Below are positions 1-11,850 of a stretch of DNA of 64,000 bases, piece by piece (the first letter of the stretch is position 1; each line of letters opens with the position of its first letter). A model generated the notes under the pieces. It searched no databases, was not told where the DNA came from, and saw nothing but the letters and a program-made list of their open reading frames with translations. This stretch comes from Macrostomum lignano. Taxonomy: Eukaryota. Position numbers and translations under genes: made by a program. The DNA lies in the NCBI GenBank assembly GCA_002269645.1, contig NIVC01000200.1, positions 706,543 to 770,542 of the forward strand, read 5' to 3'.

Positions 1-2909
1 GCAATTTGCCAATAATAAAAACAGCAATCAATCAGACGAGGCCATCTCGGTGCAAGCAACAAAGATGGCCTACGCCAGCTTCGAACACGCGGTGCACACT
101 TGGCCAATTTTCAACATGACCGAAGTGAGCGCTAGAATGCTAGACATGCTAGTCTTCTGCCAATACAATCAGGAAACTTGCAGCGAAAAAGACTTCAAAG
201 TGTTTTATCATCGCGACTACGGCAACTGCTTTTCATTCAAGCCGCACAACAGGCTGATGAAGTCCAGTGGAGTTGAAAAAGGCTTAGTATTAGTCCTCTA
301 CAGCCCGAGCGTTGACCATATTCAGAACAATGACTGGTACAGCAATATTGTTACTACTGGACTAGAGACAGGCGGACTCAGAGTTGTGGTCCATCAGAAA
401 GTAAATTATGATATATTTATTTTTTTCAACTCGTACATAGACAGCAATAGTAATTAAATAATATCTTTCATTTTAACAGGACACGATCCCGTATCCAAGC
501 GAGTACGGCATCAACTCGCCAAGCGGTATGCAAACTGTGCTGGCTCTGAACCAGGTGCAAACTAGTCTGGCTAATACGCCAACAAAACAATGCGAGCCAA
601 GGACCAGATTCCATGCTTACGATCACATTTTAGGGTGAGTAGGCGATAGGTGAGAAAAAACGTGAAAATGACTTTCCATGGTAATTTTCACTATTAACCC
701 AATGAAAATTCTTCGTTTAAAAGCCTCACACTACAAGACTTTTAATGAAATGGTATTTAGCATCTTTGCAATGTTACTCTAAGCAAATATCGATTGAGTT
801 TCTAATTTTCGCATTTGCTTATTACAGAAACACACAGAGCTACGAGAAGCAATTAACCGACTGCACAACATTTGAGCACATGAAGCGAGTCAGAGACAAG
901 TGCAACTGCACCATAGAAGGCCCGGTACCAACGGAAACTTACGGAAGCGGCGAGCGACGAATCAATTTTTGTCACGACATTATGGGCGCTCAAAATCCCG
1001 AGAGAACGATTAAGCTGATAAAAAATATGGTGGAATTTCTGAGAAAGAATCGAAACGATTTAATAAACCCTCGCAATAATCAATTGAACATGCTAGCCTA
1101 CAATAACCTGCCAATGCACGAGAAGCAAGCCATCTCAGCAGCTTTAGAGCACGAGTTTCACAATGAGGTCAAACAAAGGTTAAAAAGTCTTCGCTGCGCA
1201 CTGCCCGAGCTTAGGTCTGGTCGCAGCCAGTCCAAGTGCCTCAACATGTGCAAGTACACAACGTACGACTTCTCAGTGTTTCAAAGCCGTTGGCCCGACC
1301 TCAGCCTAGAGATTCGGGTGCCAATATAAGACTAGCAAGAATTGCTCAAATGTTAAAAAATCGAGTGGACAGCTTGAACAGGAATATAACAAACAATCAC
1401 GCGCTTAATCACTCGATTGCGTCACATAATTTAAATCTTAGTCACTGCATGGTGAATGAGCTCAATCTGAAGAGCAACAAGTTTAGAAACGATACTTATT
1501 GCAACCAGGTGCACAACATTATCAGACAGTGCTTCCTGCAGTTGCGCGTGTACCCGAAGACGCTCACTGTCAGACAACTGTTTGAGGAAAGAAGCTACGA
1601 ATTGGTGAATCTATTCTCTGATTTAGGCGGAATCATGGGTAAGCAAAGCCACTTGCAGCACTGAATTGGTGTCAGGAAATAAGGGCAATTATTTTTTTGG
1701 TAGATTGATTTAAATACAGCCTGTACAGGAAGTAAAATTTAAAATGTCTACGGTGGTTTAAGGGCGAACAACGATTGATAGCTTATTGGAGTTTTGATTA
1801 TAGTGATAAGGGGTGTTTTCATATCTCCACCGGCCCTTCTTTCATGTTTCCGGCACTTCATATCTCCGACACTGCATATCTCCGACACAGTTCATATCTC
1901 CGACATTTTATGTCTTCGACACTTTATGTCTCATCATTTCATATCTCCGATAGCCCCTCTTTCATATTTCCGACACTTCAATCTCTGACAGTTCATATCT
2001 CTGGCACTTCATATCTCAAACACTTTATATATTCAACACTCCATATCTCTAACACTTCATATCTCCGACAATTTATTTCCAAGTTTCCAACACTTCACAT
2101 CTCCGATACTTCGTATCTATAACATTTCATATCTCCGATTCACATCTCCGACATGCTTAACCCTAACCATGAGTCTAACGGAGATATGAAGGGTCGGAGT
2201 TGTGAAAGAAGCTGCTTTTCGGAGATTTAAAATTTCAGAGATATGAATCTCTCTTGTAATAAGCCATGAGCTAAAGTCAGTTCATACCTTGTACAGGCAG
2301 ATATGTTACAGTTTAACAGTTGGAACTGAGGTGCAACTGAGTAGCAATATTTTTTTTACAGTGTCAATAACGTCAACTTGGAATTTAAACTATTAATACG
2401 TTAGATTTCGATGATATCCATGCCTCCCTTGCTTGTGTATTTCAGGCCTGTGGATTGGCGTATCCATGGTTACGCTGTGCGAATTCGCAGAAATAATACT
2501 AATAATACTGTCCTATAATATCCGAGCGTTGTTGGCAAAGTTGCCCAGTTTAACTCGGTCAAGGCGGGCTTGCGGAGCTGCAAGACGCGAAACTTGGAGC
2601 TGCGTAGCCGAGGCCGAAGGCCAAAGCTTGACCTGCCCAATCGGTTGCAAACGTCCCGGCGAGCTGGCCGCATCAATCGACAGTCGACAGTCGCCAAGTC
2701 GAAGTAAATCCTACGATCACTCTGTCAATCCGAATCTCTACAGACAGCCCAGACTACTGACTGGCAACAACAGCCAGGAGGATGCTGCCATAGCAACTGT
2801 GCGACAGCTGTTGCAGTCGGGATTAAGAGGCAACACAGCTGGCGACCCTGGCAATGGATTGCTTAATAGTAGCACCGGCGCTAGCATAGGCAAGGAGACG
2901 CGACTGTGA
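1..2909 (+). CDS. DEG/ENaC (amiloride-sensitive sodium channel / ASIC-FaNaC-like) subunit, 5'-truncated by the window edge; exons <1-400, 480-634, 828-1638 (frame break near 1311), 2446-2909
   Basis: The translation contains family motifs YHRDYGNCFSF, GLRVVVHQ|DTIPYPSEYG, a Cys-rich thumb (CNC...FCHD...CLNMC), SRWP, and YELVNLFSDLGGIMG|LWIGVSMVTLCEF (TM2 with G-x-S filter). GT donors at 401, 635, 1639 and AG acceptors before 480, 828, 2446 join in compatible phases (0, 2, 1). Stop TGA is at 2907-2909. Confidence 0.9.
1808..2250 (-). mobile_element. Non-autonomous element with internal 16-bp tandem array (short copy), in intron 3 of the DEG/ENaC gene
   Basis: About 20 degenerate CATATCTCCGACACTT units, then a TTAACCCTAACC motif and an inverted arm (2178-2250). 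The reverse complement of that arm aligns with 38798-38870. Confidence 0.65.
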
Positions 2910-3712
2910 GATTATAGAATCTCACCTTCTATAGACTATAGAGTCTATATAAATCTATACAGATTTTGATCTATCTATACATCTATATATACATGATCTG
3001 ATCTATCTTGCGCTCTCAGCTTTGTACTTTATTTTGGCTTAATATAATTACCGTTTTCGTGTTTCTGAACTGGTTGGCCCCACCTATACAATGCTTTATA
3101 CGCATTACACTTGTGTGTTACAGGTGTTTTCACTAGTGTTGCACATAAATTTTACACACAGATGTTACACAGGAGTTACACTCTTTGAACACTAATTTCA
3201 TAGGCATTTCTTACACAATGAATCTACGCTACCATATAATGTCAAAACTCCTCCGCAATTTCAGAACTCCTGACAGTAAAATTTATTTTTATGCGCAGAC
3301 TACCTTTTCTACTTGCCACAGTTGTAGTTAACGTGCAAACGAACTACTCTCAGTCGTATGTTGTAAAAGACGTCATAGGCATAAGTTTAAATTAGCCCTT
3401 AGCAACTGAGCTGACTGACACATAAGAGAAAACACGACGCCTCGTCTATTCAGCATGCCAACTATTTTGCTTCTCTTAAAAAAAACTTGACTAGAATTTC
3501 TTCTTGTCGAAATCTAAATATACTGATTAACTTCTTGTTCAAAGCTAACGTGCGCGCTCAAGTTACAGAAGCCGCTAGCTTTCGACAATCGCCTGCGTCC
3601 AGTCAGTCCAGCAACATGTTCAAGTTTCCATCCCGAAACCCTGTGGCCAACAAATGGCAGATTAAATCCAGCTTCTCGTCATAAATAACTCTCTTCTCTC
3701 TCGCCTCAGCGC

Positions 3713-4397
3713 TATGGATTACAAAATCCCGAGTTTTGCCAATCCCGGGATTCTCGGGATCGGGATATCCCGGACTTAGCCAATCCCGGGATCCCGACGA
3801 ATTGGGCCGGGATCCTGGGATCGAAAATGTTTATAATTCTTGTTGGTGTAATTTTGGTTTACGAAGCCATCCAACCTGATTTTAAAGGGCTTTCAATGAT
3901 TAAAGTACAACAGAATAAAATATTTTACAAACAAGAAACTGACAATGAGCTCTTAATTGGAGTGTGACGTGTGATGTACGGGCTGGCGTGCTTTTAGACG
4001 TGCTTTTTTACATGCCGGTATCAGCTCAGGAAAATCACACTTGATTGTGATGCAACCTGGAGAATGATAGCTTACAGAACTATATGGCCCGAGGCACTGA
4101 TACCAGGGTAGAAGGGGATCAGCCCTCACCCTCCCAGGGACACCCGACCTATATGAAGAATGGGTAGCTTGGGTTGTGGTGCGATAGCAAGGTCCCACTG
4201 TTCTAATCCCCACTACGGCCAAGGAGTTTTGAAGTTAGGGACTGCATAAGGTAGTTCTACGTTATTACACCTTTACAGCTTCTGTTTTGCATCTCTGCAG
4301 CCCTACAGCCTTCTACTCACTAGCCTGCATGCTTGAAAGATTAAGAAATCAAAGTAGAACAACTAAATTGATGGGGATCCCGGGATTGTATTTCCTA
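3713..4397. mobile_element. Old hAT-type MITE
   Basis: Degenerate TIRs: TATGGATTACAAAATCCCG on the left and TAGGAAATACAATCCCG (reverse complement) on the right. Subterminal ATCCCG/CGGGAT repeats. Flanking 8-mers CTCAGCGC (3705-3712) and CTTAGCAC (4398-4405) are 6/8 identical. Confidence 0.5.
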
Positions 4398-5474
4398 CTT
4401 AGCACCCTAAGTGTTACAATTGCCAGTGGTTTCGGGATGGGCACTTTAATAACATGCTGCTGAAACAATGATTATATTGCCGCTTTTACATTCTCATTAG
4501 TGAATACAAATAAATCGACTGTATTTTAAATTACTAACTGATATAAGCTACTTTATCAGACAATTTCCAGCGGTACTGTACTGCAGTAGGCTCACTGAGT
4601 CTTCACACTGTCTCGGGACGCCCAATGTACAATATAAAATCGGATAACTTTGCATCAATTTTTCCCGAGTACTCGTTTCAGTCATCTCCTCGCCCCCCAA
4701 GAGACTAGCCCCCAGATACAGAGGCAGGCGGACAGTTAAATTAAACTAGATTCGGTTAGCAACGAATGCGAACGAGTACGGATGCCAACTTATCAAGAGA
4801 GGAAAAGGATAGTTTAACAGATCGAACTAAGCTCAGCAGATGAGGAACTTGACTGCGTGAACTTTCAGCATTTAAATTGGCAACAGCACGGAAAATAGAA
4901 GAACGCCATCTACATAGCAATGACTTTAGCAGGCCTCATTCCTGCGGATCTTTCTGCGATCTTCCATACAGGAATATCTATCTGTCAAAAGTTTCAAGTG
5001 GCAACGAAAGCAAGGAATCAAACAGTTTTGAAGGCCTGTTTCAAAGAATCCTTCACATTCTGACTGTCAAATTGGGGTTCTTTAGCCTTGTACTGCTCGG
5101 TTCTTCTTGTTCTTCTTTTTTCGCCGAAATTTTTGGGGGTAAAGTCAAAACAGACCTGGAAAGCATTCCACTTTTTGAACTAATGACTTACATAAGGCTT
5201 CTTTTTTCGCAAGCAGTTTAACAGAATAATGGCAGCAAATAAGATCCTTAATCATGGTATTGGAACTGCAGTCAAACGCATTTCAATTTCTTTAAAATTT
5301 ATACGAACCGTATTGCAAGCCAATCTGAACTTTTAGCGGTCATTATTATATACGATTGTAATGGTCATAGCTTTTGGCAAGAAATACGAAAATTGTGACC
5401 ATTTTTTGAAATTTAAAACAGGCCGGACCAATGCTGTATCGTAGAACGTCTACGAAAATGCAGGATCTGAATGT

Positions 5475-7070
5475 GGGTCAGGGAGGGAGGCACAGAGAGG
5501 GTCAGGGAGGGAGGCATGGAGAGGGTCAGGGAGGCACAGAGAGGGTCAGGGAGGGAGGCACGGAGAGGGTCAGGGAGGCACAGAGAGGGTCATGGAGGCA
5601 CGGAGAGGGTCAGGGAGGCACAGAGAGGGTCATGGAGGCACGGAGAGGGTCAGGGAGGCACAGAGAGCGTCAGGGAGGCACAGAGAGCGTCAGGGAGGCA
5701 CAGAGAGGGTCAGGGAGGCACAGAGAGCGTCAGGGAGGCACAGAGAGGGTCAGGGAGGCACAGAGAGGGTAAGGGAGGGAGGCACAGAAAAGGTCAAGGA
5801 GGCACAGAGAGGGTCAGGGAGGCACAGAGAGGGTCAGGGAGGCACAGAGGGTCAGGGAGGCACAGAGGGTCAGGGAGGCACAGAGGGTCAGGGAGGCACA
5901 GAGGGTCAGGGAGGCACAGAGGGTCAGGGAGGCACAGAGAGGGTCAGGGAGGCACAGAGGGTCAGGGAGGCACAGAGGGTCAGGGAGGCAAAGAGGGTCA
6001 GGGAGGCACAGAGAGGGTCAGGGAGGCACAGATGGTCAGGGAGGCACAGAGGGTCAGGGAGGCACAGAGAGGGTCAGGGAGGCACAGAGAGTGTCAGGGA
6101 GGCACAGAGAGGGTCAGGGAGGCACAGAGAGGGTCAGGGAGGCACAGAGAGGGTCAGGGAGGCACAGAGAGGGTCAGGGAGGCACAGAGAGGGTCAGGGA
6201 GGCACAGAGAGGGTCATGGAGGCACGGAGAGGGTCAGGGAGGCACAGAGAGGGTCAGGGAGGCACAGAGAGGGTCAGGGAGGCACAGAGAGGGTCAGGGA
6301 GGCACAGAGAGGGTCAGGGAGGCACAGAGAGGGTCAGGGAGGCACAGAGAGGGTCAGGAAGGCACAGAGAGGGTCAGGGAGGCACAGAGAGGGTCAGGGA
6401 GGCACAGAGAGGGTCAGGGAGGCACAGAGAGGGTCAGGGAGGCACAGAGAGGGTCAGGGAGGCACAGAGAGGGTCAGGGAGGCACAGAGAGGGTCAGGAA
6501 GGCACAGAGAGGGTCAGGGAGGCACAGAGAGGGTCAGGGAGGCACAGAGAGGGTCAGGGAGGCACAGAGAGGGTCAGGGAGGCACAGAGAGGGTCAGGGA
6601 GGCACAGAGAGGGTCAGGGAGGCACAGAGAGGGTCAGGAAGGCACAGAGAGGGTCAGGGAGGCACAGAGAGGGTCAGGGAGGCACAGAGAGCGTCAGGGA
6701 GGCACAGAGAGCGTCAGGGAGGCACAGAGAGCGTCAGGGAGGCACAGGGAGGGTCAGGGAGGCACAGAGAGGGTAAGGGAGGGACAGAGAGGGTAAGGGA
6801 GGCACAGAGAGGGTAAGGGAGGCACAGAGAGCGTCAGGGAGGCACAGAGAGGGTCAGGGAGGCACAGAGAGGGTAAGGGAGGGACAGAGAGGGTAAGGGA
6901 GGCACAGAGAGGGTAAGGTAGGCACAGAGAGGGTCAGGGAGGCACAGAGAGGGTAAGGGAGGGACAGAGAGGGTAAGGGAGGCACAGAGAGGGTCAGGGA
7001 GGCACAGAGAGGGTCAGGGAGGCACAGAGAGGGTAAGGGAGGGACAGAGAGGGTAAGGGAGGGAGTCAGG
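5475..7070. repeat. 20-bp minisatellite (GAGAGGGTCAGGGAGGCACA)n, ~80 copies
   Basis: Directly visible; purine-rich, with 18-bp deletion variants. Confidence 0.97.
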
Positions 7071-7806
7071 ACAGCCAGAGAGCACCGGTACGAAGAAAGT
7101 TACGCAAATGAGCAGTACCGCACCTAGCCAGTGAAGAGACAAACCAGACCGGCAGAAAGGCAGACGCATGAAGATTTTCCTCTATCAGGCAATAAAAAAG
7201 CAGTTAAATTTAATAATGCCATCAAGCGAAGCGAGCGAAAGAATAAAATAGGTACGAGCGGAGACAGTCAAAAGCAGTAAAGATTCGGCAAACAAACAAG
7301 ATTCAAAAAACAGATAACGATGAACCTCTAGCATAATATTGCCATACTAACACGCCTATAGCAAACAACCTACACAAGGCCCCCCAGCTGGTGTTGAAAG
7401 TTCAAAGATTGATGAGGCCAGTATAAAATTACGTCTGGCGTGTGCACGCATGCAGCTGGGGGTCGGGCCTTTGTGAATAGGAGAAAAGGTGAACAAAAAA
7501 CTCCCTAAAAGATTTGTGAATTCCACAAAAACCCAACTGTGTCAGCAATATCGCCGCCCCTATCTCTCCCTCTGTCTTCCTTCAAGGAATTTTCCAGTGA
7601 TAAATATATTTTATTGGCATGAAAGCCATATTACTAATATTGCATATATTCTAAATTCAAAGGCGACAAAACAGTGATGTACTGATGTTAGGTTAAAACG
7701 CATAAATCGTTGCGCAGGGCTGTAAAAGTTTGCGAATAGTTTTTTGCCCTGCTGGAATAGATGTGCACTTTATTTTAAGTATTTCCTGGTCACAGAAGTG
7801 CGAACG

Positions 7807-8157
7807 AACTGAGGATCTGGGAGGCTGGCCCAGCAACTGAGGATCTGGGAGGCTGGCCCAGCAACTGAGGATCTGGGAGGCTGGCCCAGCAACTGAGGAT
7901 CTGGGAGGCTGGCCCAGAAACTGAGGATCTGGGAGGCTGGCCCAGCAACTGGGGATCTGGGAGGCTGGCCCAGCAACTGAGGATCTGGGAGGCTGGCTCA
8001 GCAACTGAGGATCTGGGAGGCTGGCCCAGAAACTGAGGATTTGGGAGGCTGGCCCAGCAACTGAGTATCTGGGAGGCTGGCCCAGCAACTGAGGATCTGG
8101 GAGGCTGGCTCAGCAACTGAGGATCTGGGAGGCTGGCCCAGCAACTGAGTATCCGGG
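7807..8157. repeat. 28-bp minisatellite (AACTGAGGATCTGGGAGGCTGGCCCAGC)n, ~12 copies
   Basis: Directly visible; lies just inside the intron after the FBXO9-like exon. Confidence 0.95.
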
Positions 8158-8214
8158 AGACTTAAGGACCATCAAGCCACCTATGCCATCAAGACCCAGA
8201 ACAGCCGCACTCAC

Positions 8215-9201
8215 CGAATGGCCATCTCATAACGCAGCCAGTGAATCCGGCAGTTCCACCTCGTTGCCAGGCGACTCCTCCGTCTGGCAGCTTTCGATGC
8301 GCCATCCTCAACGTCGTCCCCGGGCCCAGCCGGCGCCGGCGCCGCTGCCTCCTCCTGCAGCGCAGCAATGGAAGCGCTGGGCTTCACTTGGAAATCGCAG
8401 AAATAATCCACACTCCGTTCCCAGGCGGCCGAGGAAGCGGCTCCGCGTTTGCCAACGCCGCCACCGCCGCCGCCAGTCTGTCGGGTGCGGAAGACGCAGC
8501 GCAGCAGGCAGGGCTCCGAGTCGCTGCCGGGAAGCCGGTACTCGTATTCGCCTGTCAGCAAGCTCGACTGCAATGACAAGTTCGGCAGTAGAAGCTCCGG
8601 CGGGTCATTGGAAGTCAATAATTCGACTCGACCCCGCAGGGCTTGGCCTCTAGCCGGCGGATGGAATCTCAGATAGCGATAATATTCGATTAGAAAGCAG
8701 GGTCGATAGCACTGGCCAATGTCGCGTTCGCCAATTCTAACGTAGCTACACCTGCCAATGTAGACGCCGTCGAATAGCGGCTGAGCTCTGCTCAACACCA
8801 GCTCCCTAGTAGCGCAATCGATGCCCCATAGCCGTCGACCGATCATCGACCAGAGCAGGCGATCGTGAGCCAGCCGGTGGAACACGCGCGACACGCTGGC
8901 CAAACGGCACAGGCTCCGATAGTCCAGCTGGTTATTGCCGCCAACAATCCATTGGGCTATTAATAGCAGGCATTCAGTTGGCAGGCTGGTCAAATTAGCG
9001 GCAGAGCTATTGTCATCATCAGAGTCTTTATCATCTTCTCTTTGTTCATCTTTGATTTCTTTGACAAACGTTTCTTCTTCAACTTCGTCATTGTCGTCAT
9101 CATCTTCATCAAATTCGTCGTCGCTACCGTTGTCAACTTTCTGCAGTTGAAGATGACGCAATGAATCCACGATTGGCTTCAATTCTTGTTGCTTTTGCTG
9201 T

Positions 9202-9233
<32 letters not shown>

Positions 9234-9512
9234 CGGCTGCTGTCGACCACGACGCGATTCCAGCTCCTGACGCCAGTCGCGTCGAAAATGCTCCAACGCG
9301 TCCGACAGGCCCTGCTGATGATCGACGCCTCGACGGCCGGAAGCAACTGCGGCCGCGCCCACAGTAGCGGGCGATCCGGCTAGGGATGAAGAAGTTGAAG
9401 AAGACGAAGAAGAGGAGGATGAAGACGCTTCGTCATCCTCGGCATCTTGACAGTCATCGCAGCCGGCTGCGCTGCCGCTTGCTTGTTTGCTGCTTTCAGT
9501 TTGGCTAGACAT
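8215..9512 (-). CDS. FBXO9: FBXO9-like F-box protein, main exon (terminal exon not located; 5' end uncertain)
   Basis: F-box LTSLPTECLLLIAQWIV...LDYRSLCRLASVSRVFHRLAHDRLLW. FBXO9 C-domain motif DGVYIGRCSYVRIGE...YRPCFLIEYYRYLRF. N-terminal LEHFRRDWRQEL resembles the FBXO9 FRxQWxxEL motif. A GTGAGT donor follows 8215, so the track's stop at 8211 is intronic. The ATG at 9512 could instead lie in an intron 3' end (CTAAT...TCTAG, exon from 9504). Confidence 0.8.
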
Positions 9513-9564
9513 GCATGAAATTTATTAGCGCAATGAATTGAAGTACATCATGGATTGACTGCTT

Positions 9565-9921
9565 TAGTGTCTGAGTGGGGTTCTCAGTTGGTGTCTGAAT
9601 GAGGTTCTCATTTGGTGTCTGAATGAGGTTCTCATTTGGTGTCTGAATGGGGTTCTCAGTTGGCGTCTGAAGGAGGTTCTCATTTGGTGTCTGAATGGGG
9701 TTCTCATTTGGTGTCTGAATGAGGTTCTCGTTTAGTGTCTGAGTGGGGTTCTCAGTTGGTGTCTGAATGGGGTTCTCATTTGGTGTCTGAATGGGGTTCT
9801 CAGTTGGTGTCTGAATGGGGTTCTCATTTGGTGTCTGAATGAGGTTCTCGTTTAGTGTCTGAGTGGGGTTCTCAGTTGGTGTCTGAATGGGGTTCTCATT
9901 TGGTGTTTGAATGGGGTTCTT
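9565..9921. repeat. 24-bp minisatellite (TGGTGTCTGAATGGGGTTCTCATT)n, ~15 copies
   Basis: Directly visible. Confidence 0.92.
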
Positions 9922-10084
9922 ATTTTTATTAAATAAGTCCACTTTTAAAGCTGAAAGTCGTGCAACTAAGCCTGCAACTCCTGACTGCCAAATATGGACT
10001 GCAAAACCCTAACACAAGGGGTCGGCAAACTCCGGCCCGCAAAGCCTCTCTCTCCGGTTCCCACGTCCTTTGAAACTTGAAGGC

Positions 10085-10345
10085 CCTCCTCTCTCCTCTC
10101 TGCCCTTTTTCTCTCCCCTTTTCTCCTCTCTCCACTCTTCTCTCCTCACTCTCCTTCTCATCTCTCTCACCCTTCTTTCTTTTCTTCTCCTTCCCTTCTC
10201 TTCTTCTCTCTCCTCTACCTCTTCTCTCCCCTCTTCTTTTCTCTTCTGTCCTCTCTTCCCCCTTTTCTCTCCTCTGGCCCTTCTCTCTTCTCTCTCTCTT
10301 CTTTTTTCTCATCTTTCCATCTCTCGTTTCTCCTCCTCTCCTCAC
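10085..10345. repeat. CT-rich low-complexity tract
   Basis: Almost exclusively C/T on the + strand. Confidence 0.9.
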
Positions 10346-11542
10346 TTAACCGAGTTAAAAAAGTGTGCCAAAATTCTGCCTTAACCTAAACCTAAACTTA
10401 AACCTAAACCTTAGCTTAAACCTAACGTTTTATAACTCTAGTCTCACTATGATAATTTTTTTAATTTTCACAAGCACACTCAAATTATATTCTAGAAAAG
10501 CATTGTCGAAGAAAGTTGACTTTTGTTGGTGCAAAGTTGACGACAAAATATTTCTGAATAGCTAAGCGAATATTTATGGTTTCACCGGCAACGTGGGAGG
10601 TCTGAAACTACCAAGGACATCATCTCGATATTTGGACTGGAGGCGGATCATGACTAGCAGAATATTTATCAAAGCCAGGTATCTACAAAGGTCCATGATC
10701 TGTGCAGAAATACTTTTGGCAGTATGTTCATTATAGCACTATAGAAAATTGCATACTTCTAGACATAAATTCTCTTCTAGATATACCTAACTATACCTAG
10801 CTAACGGAAAAGTGGAATAGAAGAATTCAAAATGGTTTTGTACTTTTATTGTAAGAATTGTTCAAGGCTACGGCCCAGATTTTTTTCTAGTTTTTAGAAA
10901 ACGAAAACTGACTTTATAGCCTTAAACAAAGAAGCAAACAAACTATATGACGCTAAAAAACAATCGATAGAAAGCATACACAAAGCATTTTTAGTCTTGA
11001 AATAGATATATTTATTTATATTAGATGCTGTCTATTGTGCTTTCAAGAATGTCTTATTTTCGATGCGAATCAATATTAAATAAAATATTAGTATACAGTA
11101 ACAAATTCAGTAACGAAGAACTTCGTGCGAAAGTCTTTAAATTGAAATCAAACATACATAAAATACACATAGTAAAAACAGATTTAAAAGGTACACTTTT
11201 TAATTATTATTATACTTGCATATATTTTGTTTTAACTGTCTATTATAAGCAAGATACGCACGTGACCAATCACAATACATAATAAATAAAGTTATCATTT
11301 TGTAATCAGAGTGTCAAAAACACACACATACAGAAACACTAAAAAACAAATAGAGATCCTGCTCTGTTGCTGCTAAACAAGCACAAAAATCATCTAAACT
11401 ACTAGTCGTAACTAACGATATGTATCGAAGTAGACTTTGTAAGAACAAACTTTTTTGTTAATTATTGTTTTTTAATACTAAGAAGAAATGTGTTTTCTAA
11501 AAATCAGACAACAAAGGGTGCTTAAGTAGTTTATAAATAATA

Positions 11543-11850
11543 TTAATAATAATAATTGATTACACCTGCCCCAATCGGGCCAGATGTGCAACCGACAGCT
11601 CAGCCGCAGCTATTGCGAAGTGCATCTGAAGGCTGCGTACGGCTGTTCAGTCCAAGGACTGGGGGGTCGCCACAACATACCCTTTATTACCCCAGCTAAT
11701 GCTGGCACCCATTTTACAGCTGGGTGAACTGAAGCAATGCAGAGTTAAGTGTCTTGCTCAAGGACACAAATTGTTCCAGTGGGATCGGGAATCGAACCCC
11801 GGACCTTCAAGTCGTGAGTCCGACGCTCTGATCACTAGGCTACAACCCCC
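11543..11850 (-). mobile_element. tRNA-derived SINE with V/Meta-type conserved central domain
   Basis: The minus strand begins GGGGTTGTAGCCTAGTGATCAGAGCG (A-box-like) ... GGTTCGATTCCC (B-box). It continues GTGTCCTTGAGCAAGACACTTAAC and CCCAGCTGTAAAATGGGT, as in widespread metazoan SINE cores, and ends in an (ATT)n tail. Confidence 0.8.

Noticed and set aside
1318-1330. 13-nt micro-intron or programmed frameshift to explain the ENaC break
   Set aside because: Removing GTGCCAATATAAG gives a frame that stops at about 1406; no slippery heptamer is present.
4860-5290. Protein-like minus-strand fragments and a possible 36-nt intron
   Set aside because: Every frame is interrupted within about 50 codons and no family motif is recognisable; cannot be tied to the FBXO9-like gene.
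5431-6816. Long ORFs (241-441 aa) through the 20-bp repeat
   Set aside because: Open in several frames only because the unit lacks stops; the unit length is not a multiple of 3; no unique domain.
9505-9942. (PIQTPNEN)n ORF as an N-terminal extension of the FBXO9-like gene
   Set aside because: Different frame from the FBXO9 exon, GTG start, and entirely minisatellite; more likely intronic or upstream DNA.
10015-10046. hAT-Charlie-like end (AGGGGTCGGCAAACTCCGGCCCGC)
   Set aside because: Only one terminus; no partner TIR or TSD found.
10379-10426. Telomere-like AACCTA repeats
   Set aside because: Too short and degenerate; more likely a remnant of the AACCCT spacer seen in the satellite-carrying elements.
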